DNA of 39,132 bases from a virus. Every line of letters starts with the position of its first letter. Within the stretch, counting starts at the first letter, position 1. Location: IMG/VR virus record IMGVR_UViG_3300046674_000493, positions 1 through 39,132 of that record; one strand, 5' to 3'. Under the pieces are notes generated by a model, which was not told the origin of the DNA, did not search any database, and saw nothing but the letters and a program-made list of their open reading frames with translations. The position numbers and the translations under genes were made by a program. Shown here piece after piece: positions 8,566 to 15,703 of this stretch.

Positions 8566-9414
8566 TCAGATGACGCGCTGTCCGTCCTCGACCATCGCAT
8601 CAAACAGCCTGCGGAAGCCCCGGTACAAGGGGCCCGCCGGGGTCGCTAGGACCTTGTACGTGGCGGACTCGTGGCCCTCCCAGTCGGCATCGAACGCCGA
8701 GACGTACAGGGTGCCGTCGAGCCTGATGATTCGCCACACCGGCAGTGTCCGGTACCGGTACGCCTCGACGTGGCCGAGGATGGCCAGCTCGCGCAGCCGC
8801 GCTTCGGCGAGGTGAATGCCGCCGGCGAGCGACTCGGGAGACTCGCCGATCTCTGCGGCCCGTCGGGCAAGGGCAGGCGAGTCCGGGTCGAGCAGCAGAA
8901 CGCGCACCGTCGGCGGGTCGTCGCCGTCCCGGTCGAGGTGAGGCCGGAGCAGGGAGTCCCGCAGAGCGAGCAGGCCCAGGCCCCGCACGGCGAGCACATC
9001 GATCTCGCGGGCTGCCCGGGCGGCGCGCTGGATCTCGGTGGCGGCGACGCTCTGCTCCGAGTAGACCCGGACCACCTCTGGGAACGCGGCGAGGTCGAAT
9101 GCCGCACCGCCGGGGCGGTTCTCACGTTGGGGTGCCAGGCCGAGCAGACGGCGGGCGTCGTCCGGCATGCTCAGGCCCTCGGCGATCCGCTCGTACACAT
9201 CGAGCCGCGAGACCTCTCGTCGCCCGTGGATGATCTCGTTGACGCGGCTCTGGGTCATCCCCGTGGCGACGCCGATCCGGGCCTGGCTGGCGCCGCTGTG
9301 GTGCTGCACCGCCCGGAACAGCGCACCGACGTCCCGGGCCTTGAGAGCCCGACGGACCTCGGAGTTCTGCCAGGTGAGGTCAGGCAGGCTGATGGGCATG
9401 ACGGCCGTTCCCAT
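8566..9414 (-). CDS. XRE-family HTH protein with ~180-aa unassigned C-terminal domain
   Basis: HTH text SGASQARIGVATGMTQSRVNEIIHGRREVS. C-domain text VRVLLLDPDSP...YRYRTLPVWRIIRLDGTLYVSAFDADWEGHESATYKV. ATG 9414 has a GAGGA RBS; an alternative GTG lies at 9426. The stop TGA overlaps the RBS of the CYTH gene. Confidence 0.8.
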   Translation of the reverse strand: MGTAVMPISLPDLTWQNSEVRRALKARDVGALFRAVQHHSGASQARIGVATGMTQSRVNEIIHGRREVSRLDVYERIAEGLSMPDDARRLLGLAPQRENRPGGAAFDLAAFPEVVRVYSEQSVAATEIQRAARAAREIDVLAVRGLGLLALRDSLLRPHLDRDGDDPPTVRVLLLDPDSPALARRAAEIGESPESLAGGIHLAEARLRELAILGHVEAYRYRTLPVWRIIRLDGTLYVSAFDADWEGHESATYKVLATPAGPLYRGFRRLFDAMVEDGQRVI

Positions 9415-9534
9415 GGTGGTCCTCACGTCGCCTGAGGGGCTATCTCAGGGTGAGATTACCGGTTGGGTATCGGATCTGACTGCCCGTTGGCCGACGCTGT
9501 GAGTGTGGACGACACACGACCGCAGGGAGTCCTG

Positions 9535-9723
9535 ATGACCGACACTGAGATGCACGGCTACGGCGTCCGCTGGGACCCGAAGGATCGATGCTGGCGGGTC
9601 CGCAACGAAGAGACCGGCGAATGGCTGCTCGGGCCCGACGGCGAGCCCCAGGCCTGGTCGGACTTCACCACCGCGGACATCGCCCACCGGCAGTTTCAGC
9701 CGCCCGCGCCGCGGACGTGGTGA
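9535..9723 (+). CDS. Hypothetical small protein
   Basis: ATG 9535 after GCAGGGAG; 62 aa, Trp-rich; divergent from the HTH gene. Confidence 0.45.
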   Translation: MTDTEMHGYGVRWDPKDRCWRVRNEETGEWLLGPDGEPQAWSDFTTADIAHRQFQPPAPRTW

Positions 9724-9932
9724 CCGAGTCAGGCGAGCAGACGACGGGGTACTGCCAGGCCTGCGGACAGTACGGGCAGGGCCGTTTCGTCGAGGTCATC
9801 AACAGCCACTCCGACGCGATAGACCGGTGTCAGGGGTGCCGCAAGTTCGCAGTGGGCCCTCCCGTTCCGCGGCGCCTCCCGCCGATCGACTCACCAGGCC
9901 TCTCGGGCCAGCAGCGGGCCAGCAGGACCTGA
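9717..9932 (+). CDS. Small zinc-ribbon-like protein
   Basis: GTG start overlapping the previous stop. Two CxxC pairs (YCQACGQ ... RCQGCRKF). Confidence 0.45.
   Translation: MVTESGEQTTGYCQACGQYGQGRFVEVINSHSDAIDRCQGCRKFAVGPPVPRRLPPIDSPGLSGQQRASRT
9904..9925. repeat. Candidate integrase arm-type site (left), GGGCCAGCAGCGGGCCAGCAGG
   Basis: Matches 10179..10200 at 20 of 22 positions in direct orientation. Internally a tandem of GGGCCAGC(A/G)G. Lies 81 bp from the attP core. Confidence 0.45.
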
Positions 9933-9955
9933 TTTCGGGTGGCTCCCGGATGCGA

Positions 9956-9995
9956 CGAAGCCCCCACCCGCCGATGCTCCGGCTGGTGGGGGCTT
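9956..9995. terminator. Bidirectional hairpin terminator next to the tRNA-derived core
   Basis: Perfect 12-bp stem GAAGCCCCCACC / GGTGGGGGCTTC with a 16-nt loop. Downstream of the + gene ending at 9932 and of the minus-strand tRNA 3' end. Confidence 0.6.
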
Positions 9996-10005
9996 CGCAG
10001 TAGGA

Positions 10006-10051
10006 GGTGGGCCGCCAGGGGCTCGAACCCTGAACCTACGGATTAAAAGTC
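10006..10051 (-). other. attP core: 3' 46 nt of a tRNA-Lys(UUU) gene (anticodon loop to acceptor end)
   Basis: The reverse complement reads GA-CTTTTAA-TCCGT-AGGTT-CAGGG-TTCGAGC-CCCTG-GCGGCCC-A-CC. That gives anticodon loop, 3' anticodon stem, variable loop, full T-arm, 3' acceptor strand and discriminator. No matching 5' half is present. It lies adjacent to the integrase gene. Confidence 0.7.
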
Positions 10052-10178
10052 TCAATCTCGCTCTGACAGCCTGTGATACTCAGTGCCAGTACATGTCTTG
10101 CAGTGCAGTTCAGAGGCCTAACAGCATGATATTCCGTGCGCTGCGGATAGCTCTCATGATGCCCTGTTACAGGGCGTT

Positions 10179-10200
10179 CGGGCCAGCGGCGGGCCAGCAG
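10179..10200. repeat. Candidate integrase arm-type site (right), GGGCCAGCGGCGGGCCAGCAGA
   Basis: Direct repeat of 9904..9925; 128 bp from the core, between the core and the int stop. Confidence 0.45.
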
Positions 10201-10249
10201 AAAAGGCCCCGCCACCTGGGGTGACGAGACCTCGATCCGCATGCTCAGT

Positions 10250-11839
10250 CTACTCCGTGACCACTTCCGGGTCGACGTACTTCGGCTGCCGACGAGCCCG
10301 CGGCACCATGCCGGCCGCGCGCTCCGCGACCTCCTTGTCCACCTCGGGCAGCAACGTGGTGTACGTGTCCGAGGCCAAGGTGATCGTGCTGTGCCGCAAC
10401 GTCTCCTTGATGGTGTGGAGGTCTCCGCCGCCGGCGTGGATGACCGTCGCGGCCTGGTGTCGTAGGTCCCGCAGGTTGATGGGCGGCAGGCCGGCCGCCT
10501 TCGAGATCCGGCGGAACGCGTCGCTCACCATCTCCGGGTGCAGCCACGTCCCGTCCTCCTGCGTGAAGACCTTCCCGGTGTCCGTCCAGGACGGCGCCTT
10601 CGTCGGGTCGCCGCCCTGGGCCAGGAACTCGGCCCGCGAGGCGAGTTGGGCGTCGCGCTCGGCCAGCTGCCGGACGCGGTGCTCACGCAGGACGGCAACG
10701 GTGACGCTGTCGAGCCCGATGGTCGCCGCGCTGCCGTCCGTCTTCGGCGCAGTCTCGATCGGGGTCCAGCCGTCCTGAACGATCTCCGTGGCGACGGTGA
10801 GCTCGGCCTGGTCGAGGTCGACGTTCAGCCAGTCCTGGCCGACGCCTTCGCCACGGCGCAGGCCGCGGAACGCGATCAGGTGGAAGAACGCGTAGAGGCG
10901 GTCGTCCTCGGCGGCGTCAAGGAACTCGCCGAGCTGGGGCAGGGTCCACACCATGACCGCGGACGGCTTCTCGCCGGTCCGCCGCCACCGCTCGACGTGC
11001 TGGGCGGTCCACAGCATCGCCTTGGGGCGCCGGCCGGAGTCCATCTCCAGGTGCTCGGCCGGGTTGAAGGTGATGAGCTGGCGGGCGATGGCGGAGTTGA
11101 GCGCGGCCCGGATGGTGGAGCGGATCCGCTGGCGGGTGGCCGGCCCAGTGATACGCCGGAACGGCTTCATCTCGGCGAGCACGGCGCGTTCGGCCGCGAT
11201 CCGCTGCTTCGTCTCGGCGCTGGGTACTCCGGGCTTGCCGACGCGGGTGCGGGCGACCTGCTCGCGGCGGGCCTGGTTCTCCGCGGCGATGACCTCGTTG
11301 GCGTCGGCGATGGCGTCGAACATCTCGACGAGGTGGCCGACGTTGAGGCGGTCCAGGCGCAGATGCCCGATGCGGGGCTTGAGGTGTACGCGAGTGTGGG
11401 ACTCGTAGCCGTTGGTGGTCGTCTTGCGGGTCTTCTTGGAGGCGAGCCAGGTGTCGAGCCAGTCCCCGACGGTCATCTTGCCTTCGAGGGGGATGCCGAC
11501 TCCGAGGCGGCGTTGGACCTCGATGATGTCGGGGATCGGGGAGCGGTTCTTGGCGACGTCGACGAGCAGGGCGGCGACTCGTTGTTCGGCGTCGTCGTCG
11601 CCCTTGGCGAGGTCGAGAATCGCGCGGACCTTGTCGAGTTCGGCCTGGGCCTTGGCGACGGTGTCGAAGCCGGTGCGGCGGAAGGTACGCCGCTTGCCGT
11701 CGCGGTCGGCGGGGAGTTCTTGGCGGAACGCCGGCGCTCCGTGATTCTTCCTAGCCAAGGTGGGACAGGCCGAGCCGAGGAGCTTACCGTCCTCGCCCCG
11801 GCATTCGCACCGCTTGTAGACCCCGCCACCGCGCCTCAT
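10250..11839 (-). CDS. int: Tyrosine integrase
   Basis: 529 aa. Catalytic-domain motifs FRGLRRGE, LRDLRHQAAT and LRHSTITLASDTYTT (R..HxxR..Y). Actinophage-type N-terminus MRRGGGVYKRCECRG. Adjacent to the tRNA-derived att core. Confidence 0.95.
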   Translation of the reverse strand: MRRGGGVYKRCECRGEDGKLLGSACPTLARKNHGAPAFRQELPADRDGKRRTFRRTGFDTVAKAQAELDKVRAILDLAKGDDDAEQRVAALLVDVAKNRSPIPDIIEVQRRLGVGIPLEGKMTVGDWLDTWLASKKTRKTTTNGYESHTRVHLKPRIGHLRLDRLNVGHLVEMFDAIADANEVIAAENQARREQVARTRVGKPGVPSAETKQRIAAERAVLAEMKPFRRITGPATRQRIRSTIRAALNSAIARQLITFNPAEHLEMDSGRRPKAMLWTAQHVERWRRTGEKPSAVMVWTLPQLGEFLDAAEDDRLYAFFHLIAFRGLRRGEGVGQDWLNVDLDQAELTVATEIVQDGWTPIETAPKTDGSAATIGLDSVTVAVLREHRVRQLAERDAQLASRAEFLAQGGDPTKAPSWTDTGKVFTQEDGTWLHPEMVSDAFRRISKAAGLPPINLRDLRHQAATVIHAGGGDLHTIKETLRHSTITLASDTYTTLLPEVDKEVAERAAGMVPRARRQPKYVDPEVVTE

Positions 11840-11858
11840 AGGGAAACCTCCAATTTTC

Positions 11859-12608
11859 TCAATCTCTTGGAATGCCGGGGACGAAATTCATACGCGGCAG
11901 ATCCGGCCTCTCGGCAACCATTTCGATGTCGATGGCACCACCGGGAGGATCAGCATCCGGAAAGGGGATCAGCGGCAGATATGACGCCTCGGGATCATCC
12001 GAGTGATCTGTAGCTAGGAACTCGATCCACCACCTGACTTGCTCCTCCCCTTGGTCAAGCAACCTCTGCTCTTCTCGGGCCGACTGCTCATACGCCCTCT
12101 TCAGGTCGTCTGTAGGCGCGTCGCGTGCCAGGTGCCGGAGCTGCAAAATCCTGTGTTGCTTCTTGAGAAGCTGCCGTTTTCCTTCGGCAACTTTTCGCAC
12201 CATGAAGATCTCACTCCTCATGAGATCGCTCTGATTTGGACGAAGGTCACGCTTCTGCGCCGGTGCCTCACCCGAGAACCAGGCCACTGCACTCAGAGGC
12301 GCCCCATTGACGCCCGGGACAAATTCTACCTCCTCTACCAATCCAACTGGATAGAAGAGGGCGACCGGCGGAACCCCGAGAGCCGACCCAAGGACAATTA
12401 CTTCCGCTAGAGATACGTTCAGCCTTCGACCGTTTTCAAAGTTTGCCAGGACAGAACGGGCAATTGGAAACCCGATCTCACTGCACTTATCGGCGAGCTG
12501 TTGGGCGCTCATGCCCTGCCGCTGGCGGTGCCTCCGCACCTCTCCGGCCACGACTCCGGCGAGGTGCGCCGACCAATCTAGATGCCGTTCCGTGTCATTT
12601 GATGTCAT
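11859..12608 (-). CDS. XRE-family HTH repressor (cI-like), atypical low-GC codon usage
   Basis: ATG at 12608 (complement). HTH text GMSAQQLADKCSEIGFPIARSVLANFENGRR. 19 nt upstream of int on the same strand and divergent from the xis-like gene. Many A/T-ending codons, unlike the rest of the genome. Confidence 0.75.
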   Translation of the reverse strand: MTSNDTERHLDWSAHLAGVVAGEVRRHRQRQGMSAQQLADKCSEIGFPIARSVLANFENGRRLNVSLAEVIVLGSALGVPPVALFYPVGLVEEVEFVPGVNGAPLSAVAWFSGEAPAQKRDLRPNQSDLMRSEIFMVRKVAEGKRQLLKKQHRILQLRHLARDAPTDDLKRAYEQSAREEQRLLDQGEEQVRWWIEFLATDHSDDPEASYLPLIPFPDADPPGGAIDIEMVAERPDLPRMNFVPGIPRD

Positions 12609-12697
12609 GGCATCACAGTCTGCCTGCTGGCTTGACAGTTGGCAACACAGCGACAGATGATCGAGACAACCGCACAACAACTGGCTGGAAGTGACAC
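12609..12697. promoter_or_regulatory. Divergent switch region (back-to-back promoters/operator)
   Basis: TTGACA (12632-12637, + strand) and TTGCCA (12640-12645, - strand) form the imperfect palindrome TTGACAGTTGGCAA. On the minus strand, TTGCCA-N17-CAGACT sits 8 nt before the repressor ATG, which has no RBS. Confidence 0.4.
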
Positions 12698-13000
12698 GTG
12701 ACAGCACAACGCGAGCGCCCTGCCCGATCGATGAGCAGAGCCGAGCTGCTCTCTTTGCCTGCAAGCGTCGACATCGTGACAGCCGGGAGGGCCTTCGGGC
12801 TCGGCAGGACGACCGCCTACCAGCTCGCTCGTACGGGCAGCTTTCCCTGCAAGGTTCTGCGCACGGGAAAGGCCTACCGGGCCATCACCGCCGACTTGCT
12901 CCGGGTCCTCCTGATCAGCCCGGATAACGAGAACGCCGCCGCGGGTGCAACCGCGGCGGCGTCTGACGAGACACCCAGCTCCACCAGCGCTGACCAGTAG
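12698..13000 (+). CDS. xis: Excisionase-like / MerR-type HTH DNA-binding protein
   Basis: Text LLSLPASVDIVTAGRAFGLGRTTAYQLARTGSFPCKVLRTGKAYR is typical of excisionase-family HTH. Divergent from repressor-int. An alternative ATG lies at 12731. Confidence 0.6.
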   Translation: MTAQRERPARSMSRAELLSLPASVDIVTAGRAFGLGRTTAYQLARTGSFPCKVLRTGKAYRAITADLLRVLLISPDNENAAAGATAAASDETPSSTSADQ

Positions 13001-13015
13001 AAGGAGGCACGTCTC

Positions 13016-13567
13016 GTGCCAAATCGTACGACGGCGACAACGGCGTCGCCCGCCAGACCCCTGCCCACCGTCGCGTTCATGGCCCTCCGCAACGCCCCGT
13101 ACGCCGTCAAACCCATCGAGGTCGCAGACGGCCTCTGGATGGTCGGCTACAACGCCACCGACCCCGACGTCGACCACAACTTCGCCGCCGGCGTCATGCG
13201 CTACCTGATCGGCGAGTTCGAGGACATCACCACCCCGGCCGACGACCTGCAGCAGATCCTCGCCCACGCCATCCGCAGCGCGAAGAACCCCCGCGCCCTC
13301 GCCGACCAGCTCATGGTCGCCATCATCGACGCCGCCGGCACCGGCCACGCCGCCGACGACTGGTCCCCCTCCGACCAGGCCAGCAACGAGATGTACCGCG
13401 CCACCAGCACGCTGATCGGCGAGACGTTCCGTCGGCACGTCGAAGCCGCCCGCGCCGCCGGTGACCCAGCTCAGGCCGCGCGCGACATGCTCGCCGGCCT
13501 CACCGCCGCCGTCGAGCTGTGCAACGCCGAGTACACCCGGCCCGAGATGGTGGACGGTGCCCGATGA
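13016..13567 (+). CDS. Hypothetical early protein
   Basis: GTG start after a GAAGGAGG RBS; GC3-biased 183-aa ORF. Confidence 0.55.
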   Translation: MPNRTTATTASPARPLPTVAFMALRNAPYAVKPIEVADGLWMVGYNATDPDVDHNFAAGVMRYLIGEFEDITTPADDLQQILAHAIRSAKNPRALADQLMVAIIDAAGTGHAADDWSPSDQASNEMYRATSTLIGETFRRHVEAARAAGDPAQAARDMLAGLTAAVELCNAEYTRPEMVDGAR

Positions 13568-13776
13568 GCCTCGACACCCTGCTCGCGCAGCACCCCGACG
13601 TCACCCTCGCCGAGATCGGCCCCGGTGAACTCGGCCAGCACTTCAAGGGCTTCCTCGGCCTGCTGCTCATCGAGAACGACGGCCACATGGTCATCGGTGT
13701 CCCGGAGGGCCAGGACCCGGGGGAACGCTTCCTCATCGTCGGCACGCTGCTGACCCAAGCTGGTGATGCCCGATGA
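13564..13776 (+). CDS. Hypothetical early protein
   Basis: ATGA overlap with the previous stop; 70 aa. Confidence 0.45.
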   Translation: MSLDTLLAQHPDVTLAEIGPGELGQHFKGFLGLLLIENDGHMVIGVPEGQDPGERFLIVGTLLTQAGDAR

Positions 13777-14276
13777 GCGAACACCGCGCCCGCCTCGAAG
13801 CCTCCATGCGCGAGTTCAACCTGACCGAGATCGCCAAGCTCATCACCTCCACCGACTTGACCTGCCTCAGCCTCAACGGACCGGCCGACGCCATCTTCAC
13901 CATCGGGCCAGTCCGCGTCCGCGGCCTGTTCGTCGGGTCGAACGGTGTGCACTGGGCAGACGGTGCCCTCCTCGTCGAATCCCTCGACCCGGACCCGGCT
14001 ACACGCGAGGCGCTCCTCCAGGCGATCGCCACCGAGCTGCCGGACTGCCACGACCTGTGGATCGCCACGGCCAGCCGCGGCATCTGGAACGCCTTGATCT
14101 CGCCGGTCAGCGACCTGGCGATCCTGCTGGGATACCCGCCAGCGAACCAGATGCCGGCCGACAACTGGGCCCGCACCTGGGGAGACAGCCCAGAGCGAAC
14201 AGACGAGCAGGAGCTCGCCTGGGTCGCCGGAGGTGGCAAGTGCACGTCCTCCTACCGGAAGGACAGCATCCTGTGA
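13773..14276 (+). CDS. Hypothetical early protein
   Basis: ATGA overlap with the previous stop; 167 aa; GC3 bias. Confidence 0.55.
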   Translation: MSEHRARLEASMREFNLTEIAKLITSTDLTCLSLNGPADAIFTIGPVRVRGLFVGSNGVHWADGALLVESLDPDPATREALLQAIATELPDCHDLWIATASRGIWNALISPVSDLAILLGYPPANQMPADNWARTWGDSPERTDEQELAWVAGGGKCTSSYRKDSIL

Positions 14277-14716
14277 GCAGCCACGTCCCCGGCCAGTGGC
14301 CGGCCAACTGCGGCCGACCGACCACGACCGGCCCCTGGCGGGCCGAGCGCGCCCTCGGACGCGCGCCGCTCGCGCCCGCCGCCACGGTCGTCCCCATCGT
14401 GACGGCTGAGGTCACCATCGACCTCTCCCCGTCCGACATCTACGACCGCCATCAGCTGGACGAGGCCCTGCAGCAACAGACCCGGCACAGCTTCGAAGGT
14501 GCTGCGGTCCGCGTGATCCTCGGGCGCCAGGCGCTCAGCGACACCTCGCTCCCCCGCCGGCTCGCGGGCCACACCCTCGGGACGGTGTCCATCACGGTCG
14601 TCGGCGCGCCCGACACGCTGCCCCATCGGATCCGGATGTTCGCCGCCGAGCTGCACACCGAGTGCCGGTCCGTGTTGGCGGACCACCTTGCGATGCTCGC
14701 CGAACTGCGTTCGTAG
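14273..14716 (+). CDS. Hypothetical early protein
   Basis: GTGA overlap at 14273-14276. In frame with the distal part of track ORF 13763..14716. Confidence 0.45.
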   Translation: MSSHVPGQWPANCGRPTTTGPWRAERALGRAPLAPAATVVPIVTAEVTIDLSPSDIYDRHQLDEALQQQTRHSFEGAAVRVILGRQALSDTSLPRRLAGHTLGTVSITVVGAPDTLPHRIRMFAAELHTECRSVLADHLAMLAELRS

Positions 14717-14729
14717 CGGCCGCACTTCA

Positions 14730-14776
14730 CCGCCGAGGGCGCGACCTACCCCGCGTAGAGACCGCGCCCTCGGCGG
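14730..14776. terminator. Strong hairpin after the first early operon
   Basis: Perfect 14-bp stem CCGCCGAGGGCGCG / CGCGCCCTCGGCGG with a 19-nt loop that can pair further (CTAC/GTAG). Confidence 0.6.
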
Positions 14777-14854
14777 CACCCGAACCCCCTGACCAGCGCG
14801 ACGGAAAGAGCCTCCGTACGTGAAGTCCAGCACCAGCGCTGAAGGAGGCACGAC

Positions 14855-15703
14855 GTGACCGCAGACGTCGTTCTCGACCACCTCTACCGAGTCACCCGGA
14901 CCATCCCCCGGGGGAGCGACTCCCAGAAGTCCGGGCGCTGCCCGGCGCACGAGGACCGCAACGCCTCGCTCTCGATCCGGCTGCTGCCGGACAAGACCCT
15001 CCTGAAGTGCCACGCCATGTGCTCGCTGGACGCCATCCTGGCGGCCGCCGACCTCACCGAGGCCGACCTGTTTAACCAGCCCCTCCCGCAGAGCGAGCGC
15101 CGCGGGTCCGACGACCAGTGGATGCCGTGCACCCGCGAGGGGCATCACCGAGTCGCCGAGTATCTCTACACCGATGAGCACGGCACGGTGGAGTACGGCG
15201 TCTGCCGCTGCGACCGCAAGTGCTTCCGACAGTGGCGAGTCGATCCAACCACCAAGTCGGGCCGCCGCTGGAAGCTGACCGACGAGTCGGGACAACTGCT
15301 CGTCCAGCCGCGGCCCTATCGGCTGCCGGCCATCCTGGTCGCCATCGCCGCCGAGGCCGTCATCTGGATCTGCGAGGGTGAGAAGGACGTCGAGGCCTTG
15401 GTCGCGCGCGGCTTCGAGGCGACCTGCAACAGCGGGGGTGCCGGCAAGTGGAGTCCGGAACACGCCCGGCACCTTCGAGGCGCAGACGTCACGATCGTCG
15501 CCGACCGCGACCCGGCCGGCCGCAAGCACGCCGAGCTGGTCGTCGAGACCCTGCGCGGCCTGGCCCACTCCGTCTACGTGGTCCAGGCCCGGCACGGCAA
15601 GGACGCCTTCGACCACTTCGCCGGAGGCGGCACGTCCGCCGACTTCCTGCCGGTCTGGGCTCCGATCCCGTACCCGGGCGACCCCTCGGGAGCCGCCTCG
15701 TGA
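14855..15703 (+). CDS. DNA primase (CHC2-like zinc finger + Toprim domain)
   Basis: Zn-finger text CPAHEDRNASLSI...KCHAMC. Y-x-Y-x-D-x-x-G motif EYLYTDEHGTVEYGVCR..KCFRQW. Toprim text ICEGEKDVEAL...TIVADRDPAG. Confidence 0.85.
   Translation: MTADVVLDHLYRVTRTIPRGSDSQKSGRCPAHEDRNASLSIRLLPDKTLLKCHAMCSLDAILAAADLTEADLFNQPLPQSERRGSDDQWMPCTREGHHRVAEYLYTDEHGTVEYGVCRCDRKCFRQWRVDPTTKSGRRWKLTDESGQLLVQPRPYRLPAILVAIAAEAVIWICEGEKDVEALVARGFEATCNSGGAGKWSPEHARHLRGADVTIVADRDPAGRKHAELVVETLRGLAHSVYVVQARHGKDAFDHFAGGGTSADFLPVWAPIPYPGDPSGAAS

Noticed and set aside
10006-10100. A complete tRNA gene on the minus strand
   Set aside because: Only the anticodon loop, the 3' anticodon-stem strand, the variable loop, the T-arm and the acceptor 3' strand are present. 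The sequence 5' of the loop (…GATTGAGA) cannot pair with TCCGT, and no D-arm or 5' acceptor strand complementary to GCGGCCC is found. It is a tRNA-derived att core, not a gene.
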